Below are positions 33,661 to 45,357 of a DNA stretch of 64,000 bases, piece after piece. The stretch lies in the NCBI GenBank assembly GCA_002104945.1, contig MCFH01000010.1:434001-498000 (forward strand), read 5' to 3'. How positions within the stretch are numbered: the stretch's first letter is position 1; every line of letters starts with the position of its first letter. The translations under genes and the position numbers were made by a program. This stretch comes from Piromyces finnis finn. Lineage: Eukaryota > Fungi > Neocallimastigomycota. A model generated the notes under the pieces. It was not told the origin of the DNA and made no database searches. It saw only the letters and a list, made by a program, of their open reading frames with translations.

Positions 33661-36600
33661 AACTGTATAAAGTAAAAAAATATTTTTGAAAAGAAAACTA
33701 TATATATTTATATTTTTTCATAATTATAAACTGCTTACTACTCTAATATATATTAAATTAATTAAATTTTATTGTATACAATATATTAAATTATATTAGG
33801 TAGAATATAGTTTTAAAATTTTATATTATATCTTTTATCTTAAAAGATGATTTGTATTATATTTAGTTTGTTGAGATATGATTGGTCTTTAAAAATCTCT
33901 ATTAATTATTTTTTATTTTTTTTTAAAAATATTTAAAAGGTTAAATTTTATTTATTACTGAAAAATATTGAAATATAATTGGTTTTAATATAAATAATTG
34001 TATACAATGTACATTAAATAATATGTTAACTGTAAATAATAAGCAATGGTTTATTAATCTAACTAGATTAATGTATTTAAAAAAAAAAGATTAAAGAAAT
34101 AATAGAATATAGAATAATATTAATAATATTATATAATTAACAATAAAAGAAAAAAAGTAATTATATTTTAGAAAAATGGAAGCTTTTTTAATTCCGAAGT
34201 TAAAATTTTTTCTTGGTAATTAATTTTCAAATTGTTTAAAAAAAAAAAAGGCCTATTTGATATTATTAATAATAATAGAATTTTAATAATCAATATGAAA
34301 AATAAAATAATAATTATTGTTTTTTTTATTACTAGCACCTAGTATTTTTTTTAATATTATTTAGTTATTCTATTATATTATATGATATATAAAAAAAGGT
34401 ATATGAACTTTTGGCTCATTCTGAAAGAATAAAAAAAAAATTTTATTAATATATAGATTAATATATTAAAATTTTCTTAATACAGAAATTGTTCCATCTT
34501 CTTTTTGTAGATACATTAAATTAATTGATACATTTTAATAATGTAATATATCTAAAAAAAAATTAACTAAAATCATTGTAAAAATATAAATTTTTTTTTT
34601 ACATAACACTTTAATTTTGTTATGTAAATGAGTTGGTACTATGGAATTAGAATATTAATTACTTTTAATGCAACTTAAAAAGACTATTATAAAATAATGA
34701 AATATTTTTAAATTTTATCCAAAAGATTCCATATCTCGTATAACCCATATTCATTCATATTGATTTTTAGTAAATTATTCTCTTTTATTTGATAAATAAT
34801 AGAGAATGATGAATTCAATAATTGAATCTTTGTTAAAAATATTATAATATTTTATAAAGCATTAAGTCCAAAAATAATAAAATAAATGCTTTTTTTGTAC
34901 TTTTATATTAATTAAAATATAAATAAATGTGATTGCTTTTCTAGATTAACACATCATGTCTATTTAATATTATTTAATTATTTTTAAATTTAAAATTTAA
35001 TATTAAACTAGATGCATTAATTTTACTTCTAAAAATCAAAAAGGTTTGATTATATTTATTAAATATTTTATATTTTTTTCAAACAAGCATATTTTCTTAT
35101 AAGTAAATGCAAATTATTTATATTTTTAGTGTATTTTTTGGAGATAATATTAAAACACTTTGATTAAATTAAATATTACTTCTAAGGAATAATGTCTTCA
35201 AAGATTCATATTAAGACATGAATAATTATATTAATAAATAATACTTTTACTATTGTGTTTTTCTTTTTTTTTCAAGTAATATATATTTAAATGATTATCT
35301 AAATATAATATTTTAAAATTTTTTCCAAATTTATTATTTCTTATAGCTTTAAAAGATAATTAAAGTTATTATATCTATTTTTTTTTATGAATAAATTAGA
35401 TATAAACATGGCTTTAACCTTATAAGGTTTATTATAATTATTATTAAGAATTTGTTTATAGAATAAATCAGGTTTTTGTCCTAATTAGAGTTTTTTTTTA
35501 TTATTAAATATAAAAAAATTGACATGGTGGAATATACATAATATTTAAAACTTTCATAAGAGAGTATATTAAAACAAACAATTTTAAATACTATTTTTTA
35601 TAAGAAGAAAAAATGTTTATATAGGAAAAGAACACAAAAGTATAATAATCCTTATTTAAATATATATGTTAAATTGAAAATAGTTATTATGATATGTTCT
35701 AAAACATAAAAAATAAACGCTATTTAATATGATAAAAATTGTAAATTGTTAATAATTTTCTATTTATATTATTAAACTATCAAATGTTTAATGATGATCA
35801 TAAATTTTGAGTTTTAAATATTTACTAGAAAAAAGAAAAAACATATGGATACACTTGAGTATAAAACTAAACTATTATAATTCCCTTTTTTAAAAAAAGA
35901 AAAAAAATAAAAGGAATAAACAATAATTTAATTTAAATACTACTCAGTAATTTATATTATTTTTTTATTCTAGAAATATACAAAGGTATTAAAGGTATTA
36001 TTATCTAAAAAGAAAAATATTCAAATATTCATTTAAGAAAAAAAAAAATTCTTAATCCTTACTAGTAGTATTATTCACAAAAAATTTATTTTTTTAATAT
36101 TTAAATTTTGATTTTTATTAAAATTGTCTCTCATACTTATCGATGCTTATTCTTAAATTTTCCCCTACAAAATAATTGTGATAAAATTATTAATTAATCA
36201 ATGAGTAAGAATAGAATCAATTATAGTAACCAACGGCATACATACTAAAAAAAACTCCTTTTTTTTTTTTTTACTTGTTAAGCTAAATAAAAATTGTACA
36301 ACTTAATTTTCCTTATTTATCCATATTGATATATTCTTCTCATGGTAACACAATAATTAATATAAAAATGAATAATAAATAATATATATATGAAAAGGAT
36401 TAAAATAAAATGTTTCAGATTCACTCATAAAAAATTATTAATTTGTTTACTTTTTAACTATTAGAAATTTTTATATAGAGTAATATTAATGGTCAGACTA
36501 GTTGGGAAGAATAGGATAGACCTTAGTATTAATATAGGTTAATAAATTATTAGCATTATATAAAAAATAACTCTAATATTAAAAATATAACAAGAATATT

Positions 36601-38039
36601 TTTGATTACATTTAGTAGGCTTTATAAATATTACTGAAATTAATTGTTATTATTAAAAGCTTGTGCGTACACCCTTTTTTTTATTTTATTTAAAAGAATT
36701 AACTTTTGAATAAATCATATTATTTAATTTCTAAAAAATATAATATATATGATATTTGATTATAAACTACATGACTGCTATTTCATTAAGAATTTAGCCG
36801 CTTTAAAAGAGTCATAACAATAACATAATAGCATTGATATATGCCTATTAAAATATATGCATTATATCTATTAGTTTTAATAGAATGTATACATTAATTT
36901 ATAATTAAATGTATTACATACAGTTCAATGAATGTTTAATCTTTTATTTTTAATATTAAAATCTTAACTTTTTTTTTAATTATTATTTTTTTTTTAATTA
37001 GAGTAAATGACTAAAATACAGTCATATTTAATTTAAAAAAAAAATAAATAGAATTATTGATTTATTTAATTAAAATGATAATTAACACTCTTTTATCTTT
37101 TTTTTTTTTTTTGGTTATTTCCATTGGTTTAGGAAAAGAATTTTAACTAATAAGGAAAATATCTTTTTTTTTTAAAAAAAAAAAAACATATATTAATATA
37201 ATTAATGATTCATATTAATAATGATTGTGATAATGGGCGTATAAAAAAAAGTTTATTACTAATTTATTATTTTTTTTAACATTTAATATAGATACTCATT
37301 ATGGTGTTATTAGATAAATCTACTATTTAGTATCTTATTTAAAATTCCACTTTTAAATATTTAAAACTTTATATTTCTTATAACAATCTTTTTTTTTTTT
37401 TAAAAAAATATAAATTTCAAAATAAATATTTTTTTAATATTATTTGCCTATGATTAATAAATGATCAATATTTTGACTATACTAAGAAATTTAATTAAAG
37501 TATCATCATTTTATTAAACATTAAGTAATAATAACAATAATAATTTTAATTATAAAATTTAATAGTATAACACATAGTTATTTGATATAAAATATGAACT
37601 ATAAATCTTAATTATTATAAATTGATAAACTTTTATAAATTGATATACTACATAATTCTTAGATTGAGTTATGGTGTATATTTAAATTGTGATCATCACG
37701 AGAAATTCATGTACATAAATAAATGTTATTTCCTATTTTATAAATATTTTTAGATTTATTTTATAGAACTAAATTGGATTTTATATTAATTATTCTTAAA
37801 TATATTATATATATATTATGAAAATTATGAGTTATTGAAAAGTATATTCTTTTATTATAGCATTAATAAAGCCTTTGAAAATAAAATTGTAATGAACCAA
37901 GTTATATAATATTTTATTTTACATTTTTGTATCATAAAGTTTAAATTTGACAAAATAATATAAATTAATCTATGGAAATAAGTAATTTGAAAATTATACA
38001 CATTATAATATAATATTGGAAAGAGATAGCATAAATAAT

Positions 38040-38400
38040 CTTATTCTATGATTATAATAAATATTTTTTTTGCCTTTAATGATTATTATCCCTTTTCCTC
38101 CTCCTTTCATTTATTCCTAACTTCTTCCACTAAGATTTTCCTAATTGTATATAAAAGGAATGTTTTTTTTCTCTCCAACCATTTTAATTTATAGTAACTA
38201 TCAAATCACCTTTAATAAATCTTAATTTAGTACTACGTTAACTTAATTTGTTTATTTATTAACCTATTTTATTCATTTATAAATTAATTTTTTGTAACAT
38301 ACTATCCATTCATTTTAAAATTATGATGTTAAAAAAAGATACAAATTTAATTTGCTATTCTCCCCTACACTCCTCGTCATCATTATTAATTTCAAAATTA
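38040..38400 (-). pseudogene. Possible decayed coding or retroelement remnant, unidentified
   Basis: Minus frame reads FDSYYKLKWLERKKTFLLYTIRKILVEEVRNK*KEEEKG*; no diagnostic motif. Confidence 0.15.
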
Positions 38401-39487
38401 ATTGAATAGTAAACCTTATTTTATAGATAAATTAAAAATGAACTTTATTTATTATTATTATTTTATATTATAGTTTTTAATAAATTAAATTAATTTATAT
38501 TTCTTTCAATAAAAACAAAAAAAGATTGACAATTTGTAAAAGAATTTATATATATAATATATAATGATAGTATGCGGTTATTTTTTATATTATTTAATTT
38601 AAATTATGATATCATGTAAAAATATATTTTGTATATATTATAATTAATTAGAAATATATTATATTAAGAAACACATTTAATTAAATCTTGGAATTTACAA
38701 TTAATGAAAATATTGTTAATGATGAATAATAATTACATATTTTTTTATCATTCCTATATATTTACTATATATTTGTATTATATATATTTTTAATATAAAA
38801 ATTTTATATGTACAAAAAAAAAAAAAAAACATGGTATAAATATTAATTAAAATTTTATATTAATTTAATTATCACCATCTTTAATCTTTATTACAACAAT
38901 GATAGAAAGTATTTTTGTTGATTTAATACTATTTTAACATTTTACTAGGAATAATTAAAAAGAAAAAATGAAGAGAATGTTTTTTTTTAATAAGCCATAA
39001 TTCAGAAAAGTAAATAAATAAATAAAAAAAAAAGAGAAATTATATACCCAAAGGTTTAGACTATCTTATTATTGCTTAATTTATAATTTATAGTAACCAT
39101 TCAAAATAAAAATCGTATTATCATAGATTAAAAAAAAACTTTAATTCTTATGAAACTCTTATTATTATTATTATAATTATTATTACCTCCATTCAACTAG
39201 TTTTGTTAAATAGTAATAAAATTTAAAGCTAAAGGCTATTAATACTTTAACTTTTTCATTAGTATTAAAGTTTGATTGATGTTTTATTGATGTTTTAACT
39301 TTTTCATCCATCCAGCTAATAAAAATTCAAATACAATAGTAATATAAATTAATAATTTGATATCATAATAATAAAAAATTTAATATAGTTGTTTGTATTT
39401 TTAATATATTTGTGATCTATTTAATTAATAAATAAGAAAAATTATTAATTTTTTTACCAGTTAATAAACCTCTTTTTAATAACCAAA

Positions 39488-39616
39488 ATGAATGGTAGTG
39501 ATTTAACTGAAGGGAACACTTTTTCTTTTTTTTTGATTTTATCGATCATAGCTATGACACTACCACCATTACCATCATCATTACTACAAAAAGAAGGGGG
39601 AGAAATATTCTCTTAA
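39488..39616 (+). CDS. Candidate 42-aa single-pass membrane microprotein MNGSDLTEGNTFSFFLILSIIAMTLPPLPSSLLQKEGGEIFS
   Basis: A-rich start context (caaaATG); 41/129 nt G+C (32%) island whose edges match the ORF; central hydrophobic run. Too short for the ORF track. Confidence 0.25.
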   Translation: MNGSDLTEGNTFSFFLILSIIAMTLPPLPSSLLQKEGGEIFS

Positions 39617-42161
39617 TCTTACATTTTAATTAAAAAATTTTCATATCATCCTATTTTTCATAAAATGTTTTTAGATAAAAATATTAAAACTTTATTAAAT
39701 ATAACAATTTAAACTTTAAAAGGTAAACTTTAATAAATAATAATGTACATTTATCTTTTGCTATTTATTTTGAAAACAAACTATTTATTTTGAAAGAGTA
39801 GACTTTCAAGTAATGATAAACATACTAATTAAAAGAGTAAAGTAATAAAAATAATAATACTAACAATAATACTAATATTCATAATATTAATTCATTTCGA
39901 TAATTCTATTGTATCAATGAATAATTTTTATATATATAATAATAATTTAATTTTTTACACTGATTGAAAATTAATACATCCTATTTTCATTTTCATTATT
40001 ATTATCATTCAATTTGATTTACATTTATTGTAATACCTCTTTTTTTAATTCTAGATTATTGATCTATTGCTTTTCTATTTTAAATAAATATTTATTATAA
40101 AAAATGATAATATTCATAAAAATGAATATTTAATAAATTTATGAAAAACAAGAAACCTTCTGCTAACACTACTTTGTTTTAGGCTTCTTTTCTCCTTTCC
40201 CTATTTTTAATTTTTAATGCCTATTTTAGTCAAGCCATTCCTAAAATCAAACTTTTTAAGAACTTTTTTCATTTAAATCTATTAAATATTCAAAATATAT
40301 ATACAAATTATAATATATTGATTCTCAGTTTATTTATATTAGATTTGATTTTTAATATATTATACTTTTATAGGATAATAGTTGATTTTGATAATAGAAT
40401 TTTAAATCATAATAATATATGCTATCAATAGAATCATTATATATGTAAATTTAAATTTAATATATATAATTATAATTATTTTTTAAAGGTCAAAACGAAC
40501 CCTTTATTAATAATATATTATTATTATATTATTTTACAAAATTCAATACCATAATATCAAATTAATGTATTGGTTATTTAATTGACATTTAAAAAAATCT
40601 GATTTTAGTTTGTCAATTTTAAATAACTAGTTAATGATTATGATAATATATTATAAATAGTATTAACATATATATTAATAATGTATTATTTTAATATTTT
40701 ATCATATATTAATGATTCATTATTAAATAAACTTTTTTTAGTAATAAATAAATTTATGAAAACAAGAATTTCTTAATTTGTAATTCTATTTCTACAATAA
40801 TAATAAGTAAATTATATTAAAATTAATATATTATTGTGTATAATTCATTTGAAATTTATTATAATTACCGTATAATATATAATAACATAGAGTCAAATAG
40901 TAAAATTATATATTATAAATACATTTAACGATTAAATTTATTATATGTATTAATGTATTACTATCAATTAAAATAAATGTAAATTTTAATTTAACCTACT
41001 CATAATAATAAAAAAAAAATATTAATTATTAGCAAGGATAGTTTAATTATAGTACAAACAAACACTTTTGAAGAAAGGGTTGTTACTTATATTCATAGCA
41101 ATTCAAAAAAAAAAAAAACATTTAATGGTAAATAAAATAAACTATACTAATATTAACTAATACTTTCATAGATTTATTATAGTAATAATATAAAGTAAAA
41201 TTAAGCTCTCTTTATATTCTAAGAAATAAACAGTATATAAATATTGTAAATAATTAATATTATAAATAATAGATTATTCATTCCTTATTCATAAAAAGTA
41301 TATAAGATTTTTAATAATTAAAAAAAATAATAATTAAAATTTAGTATTATAATTAAATTAATTGGATTAAATATAATATATATTATCATTATATTATTCA
41401 ATTATATTTAAAAAATTTTTTTTTTTTGTTTCTTTTTTATCCTATTACTTTTTTTTTTTTTAATATTTAATATTTACAAAAAAAAACTATTTATATATAA
41501 ACTTTTCTCTTTTTTTTTTAATCTTTTTTTTTTAAAAAAATTTAAAAAAAAAATAATTTTAAAGTATATTATATAATATACGAAATTATAGTTTTAAAAT
41601 TTATTTTAAAATAAAAACTAAAAATAAAAATATATATATAATAGTTGTTTTAAAATAAATTAAAGGGAAAGTGTAAAAGTAAATATTACATTCCAAAATA
41701 TAGATATCCAAAAACAAAAAGCGCAAAACAAAAACACAAAACAAATACAATTATTGAAGTAATTGTATATATATTTAAAAGTCGTTTAAAAGTCGTTGTA
41801 ATCAATAAAAATTATTAAAGGGAATCTTTTGTTTTTTCTTAAATATTGTAAATTGTATGTAAGAGAAAAAAAAAATTAACAACTAAATATCTAAAATAAA
41901 AAAATATATAATATTAACAAAGATTTTATAGTAAACAATAAAATAAAATTTAAATAAGACATATATTAATATATATAGAATACTAATACTTTTTTTATTA
42001 TTTTTTATATTTATAAAGGATTTTATTTATTTTAAATTATTTATATTATTTATAAAATATTCAAAAAAGAATAAAATTTTTAGATATCTTTTTAGTTAAT
42101 TTATTTTTAAAAAAAAACAATTTCAGTTTTAATTATAAACAATAATAATAAATAAATAAAA

Positions 42162-43271
42162 ATGGATCCAAGAGGAGTTTACTCAAACTACAATGCCTCA
42201 AATAATATAAGAGAAAGAGGTGATAGAAGAAATGATCGTGAAAGAAGAGGACCAAGAGACAGAAGTCCAAATGGCAGACGTATTCCAAATAGCCCAGGTT
42301 CATATAGAAGAGATGACCCAAGAAGTGAAAATTATAGAGGAAACAGAAGAGATATGGACAACTCACAAATGCAACAAGTACACATTAAAGAAAATTCTTA
42401 TAATAAACAATACAATAATAATAGTTCATCTTTAAATAACAGTAGCTCAAATCTTATTCAATCACCATTCCAAAATCCATATAAAATTGACTCTAATTCT
42501 AATAAAACTACTAATATTAATGACCCAAGTAAGGACAGATTAGAAACATATGCTAAATTAAAGAAAATATCACCAGTTAAGTTCTATATTTCAGTTATTA
42601 TAGCTGTAATTTTAACTGCAACATTAGCTATCATTGGCATCATTGTTATTAAAAATAATGGTTTAACTGCTAGTAATTTAAGAGATGTTACTGTTGGTGT
42701 TGCTCAAGGTTATCTCTTTTACTGTGGTTTTATGTTGTTAGCTATTGGAACAGGTGTATTAGCTTTCATTCGTAAATGGAATAATTTATTAGTAACCTAC
42801 TGTTCATTCTTATTTGTTTCATGTCTTTACATTTGCTACTTCATTTCTGATTTAGCTAATGTTAAGACAAATTGTGTTGAAGTTATGAACACTCGTTGGA
42901 AGGAAGACTTCAACAGTTCAGTTAAAGCTAGTATTGAAAATCAATTTAGTTGTTGTGGTTATTACAATGAAGATGATGATCCAGTCGAAACTGATGATTG
43001 TCAAAAGAGTCAATCCTTTAAGAGAAGTATTATTGGTGGTTATGATGATACAACTCCATACTATTACAATGCTTCTTTACATAAGAGAAAGGTTGCAGAA
43101 GAAAATGGTTGTGCAAAGGCAATTGAAAGCCATGTATCAAGCCATATGACTATGTATATTATTATTTTTAGTATTTTACTTATATTGAATATAGTTGCTG
43201 TTGTAGTAACTATTTTAGATATAAAACAATATGCTGAAATATTAAAAGAACTATCTAATCCATTTGCTTAA
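42162..43271 (+). CDS. Tetraspanin-family protein, intronless, with long R/D-rich cytosolic N-terminus (369 aa)
   Basis: Four TM helices; large loop between TM3 and TM4 with W..(IENQFS)CCG and further Cys at DDC and GC just before TM4. Confidence 0.85.
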   Translation: MDPRGVYSNYNASNNIRERGDRRNDRERRGPRDRSPNGRRIPNSPGSYRRDDPRSENYRGNRRDMDNSQMQQVHIKENSYNKQYNNNSSSLNNSSSNLIQSPFQNPYKIDSNSNKTTNINDPSKDRLETYAKLKKISPVKFYISVIIAVILTATLAIIGIIVIKNNGLTASNLRDVTVGVAQGYLFYCGFMLLAIGTGVLAFIRKWNNLLVTYCSFLFVSCLYICYFISDLANVKTNCVEVMNTRWKEDFNSSVKASIENQFSCCGYYNEDDDPVETDDCQKSQSFKRSIIGGYDDTTPYYYNASLHKRKVAEENGCAKAIESHVSSHMTMYIIIFSILLILNIVAVVVTILDIKQYAEILKELSNPFA

Positions 43272-44074
43272 ATTTATAAATAATATAAATTATTCGAAAG
43301 GGATACTATTTATATAAAAGAAAATATACTAATATATTTTTTACTAAAAATCAATAACATTTTACAATGATAATTTTTTTTTTTATTTTTAACACTATTT
43401 TATTCAAAATAACTATTATAAATAAATATTTATATATTAAAAAAAATGAAAAGAATAATATCATTCATAAAATTTGGAGATTAAGGACTTTATAATTTTT
43501 ATAAAAATAATTTATTTATATAACTTTCGTGAGTTTTACCTATAATATCGAAGAAGGTTATATATCATTTATTATACCATTAAATAAATAAATAAAAAAA
43601 AAAAAAAAAAAAAAGAAAAAAAAATAATAATAAAATAATAATAATAATAATAAAAATAAATAACGAACGAAAAAAAATAAATAAATAAATAATAAAAAAA
43701 ATTTAAAAAAAAATATTAATTTTGGTGTGAAGTTATTTTTGTTCTATTTAATGAATATTAAAAAAAGCCAAAATCTAATTTTTTTTTTTTTTTGGTTTGT
43801 TGTAAATATTAATCAATAAAGTTGATAGTTTTTTTTCTCAAATTCAAAAAAAAAAAGAAAAAAAAGAAAAAAGGAAAAAGAAAAAAAAAATTTAGATTTT
43901 GGAAATATAAAGTTGATTACAGTAAAGTATAAAATACATCAACGTTATTTATTTTGACCAAAATAAAAACTTTTTTTTTTTTTTTTTTTTTTGAAGTTGA
44001 AAAAAAAAAAATTATTGCAATAATAATAATAATAATAATAATAAAATCTATTAATTTTTTTTTCTTCAATAAAC

Positions 44075-44557
44075 ATGGGAAATATTGTATCTAATGCTAA
44101 AGCTAAAAATATAGAAATAAATGTTCCAAGTGAATTACCAAAACCTCCAAAGAACGATACAATTAAATATAAGCCATCAGAATCCTTATTAACTTTATGG
44201 GAGAATATATCACCTGGATTATTATATAGAAATATAAGTTTTTTCGTTGGAAAACCATATCACCTTTTTATCTTTGAAAATAACAATTTTGAAGAATATG
44301 AGAATTTTGAATTAGTCAAAGGCTGTACAAGTTATCATGTATTCAATATATGGGATGGTACTGATGGTATCATTTATGTTTATGAATTAGTCAATGGAAA
44401 ATACGCTGGACAATTAGTAGCTTGCTGTTATGGTAACTTTAAAATATACATCGGTAAAACAATGAAAGAATTAACCAAAGTAGCTGAAACACTGGAATGG
44501 GAAGATGGTGATGACGATATGGAAAGATTATTCAAAGGTGTTTTTGGTGATTTTTAA
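44075..44557 (+). CDS. Orphan 160-aa intronless protein with N-myristoylation motif; tentatively SUKH superfamily (SMI1/KNR4, GAD-like)
   Basis: MGNIVS start; PSESLLTLWENISPG helix; VFNIWDGTDGIIYVYEL hairpin; GQLV strand; IYIGKTMKELTK end. The ORF is solid; the fold call is by-eye pattern only. Confidence 0.55.
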   Translation: MGNIVSNAKAKNIEINVPSELPKPPKNDTIKYKPSESLLTLWENISPGLLYRNISFFVGKPYHLFIFENNNFEEYENFELVKGCTSYHVFNIWDGTDGIIYVYELVNGKYAGQLVACCYGNFKIYIGKTMKELTKVAETLEWEDGDDDMERLFKGVFGDF

Positions 44558-44645
44558 ATTAACTGTACTTAGTACTTATAAATATTTAAATAAAAATTAG
44601 TATTGTATTTGTAATCCAAAATAAAAATAATAATACATACATACA

Positions 44646-44660
44646 TATTATATTATATTA

Positions 44661-44725
<65 letters not shown>

Positions 44726-44741
44726 TATTATTATTATTATT
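44646..44741. repeat. (TATAT)n then (ATT)n microsatellite
   Basis: Seen directly. Confidence 0.9.
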
Positions 44742-45357
44742 TGGTGAAACAAAATTATGCCAATTGTTATTTAGCATAAAAACAATAAAAACAAAAAACT
44801 AATAATTATATATGTACAACAAAATGGATGTAAAAATTTTTATTCTTTGACATTTTTTTCTAGGTGATGATTTTTTAATTAATAAATTTTATAGGATAAA
44901 ATTATTATAAATTGGTAGAATATTTCTATAATTAAGAAAAAAAAAATTAATTAAAATCTATTTTAAAATTAAAAACAAAAAAAAATTAAAAAGTTTTTAC
45001 GCTAATTATATTATATATATATAAAAAAAAAAAATGTCAATTAGAAACATATAAAAAAAAAAAGAAGAAATAAAGAAAATAAAATTTCTTGATGTTATAA
45101 ATTAGAAATAATAATGTTTTATATCTGGATTTATTTAAAATAGAAAATATATATAAAAAAAAAAGTCAATTTTTTATAATTTCATTTTTATAATAATATT
45201 AAGCTAAACTAAAAAAATAAAATAAAAATCACATAATTCCTTCTTTTAATAAAATAATGTACTTATTTTAAAAATTACTATTAAAATAAAATAATAAATA
45301 AACAAAAAAGATAACCATATAAATCTATAGTTATATAAAGAATAATTCTATATAATA

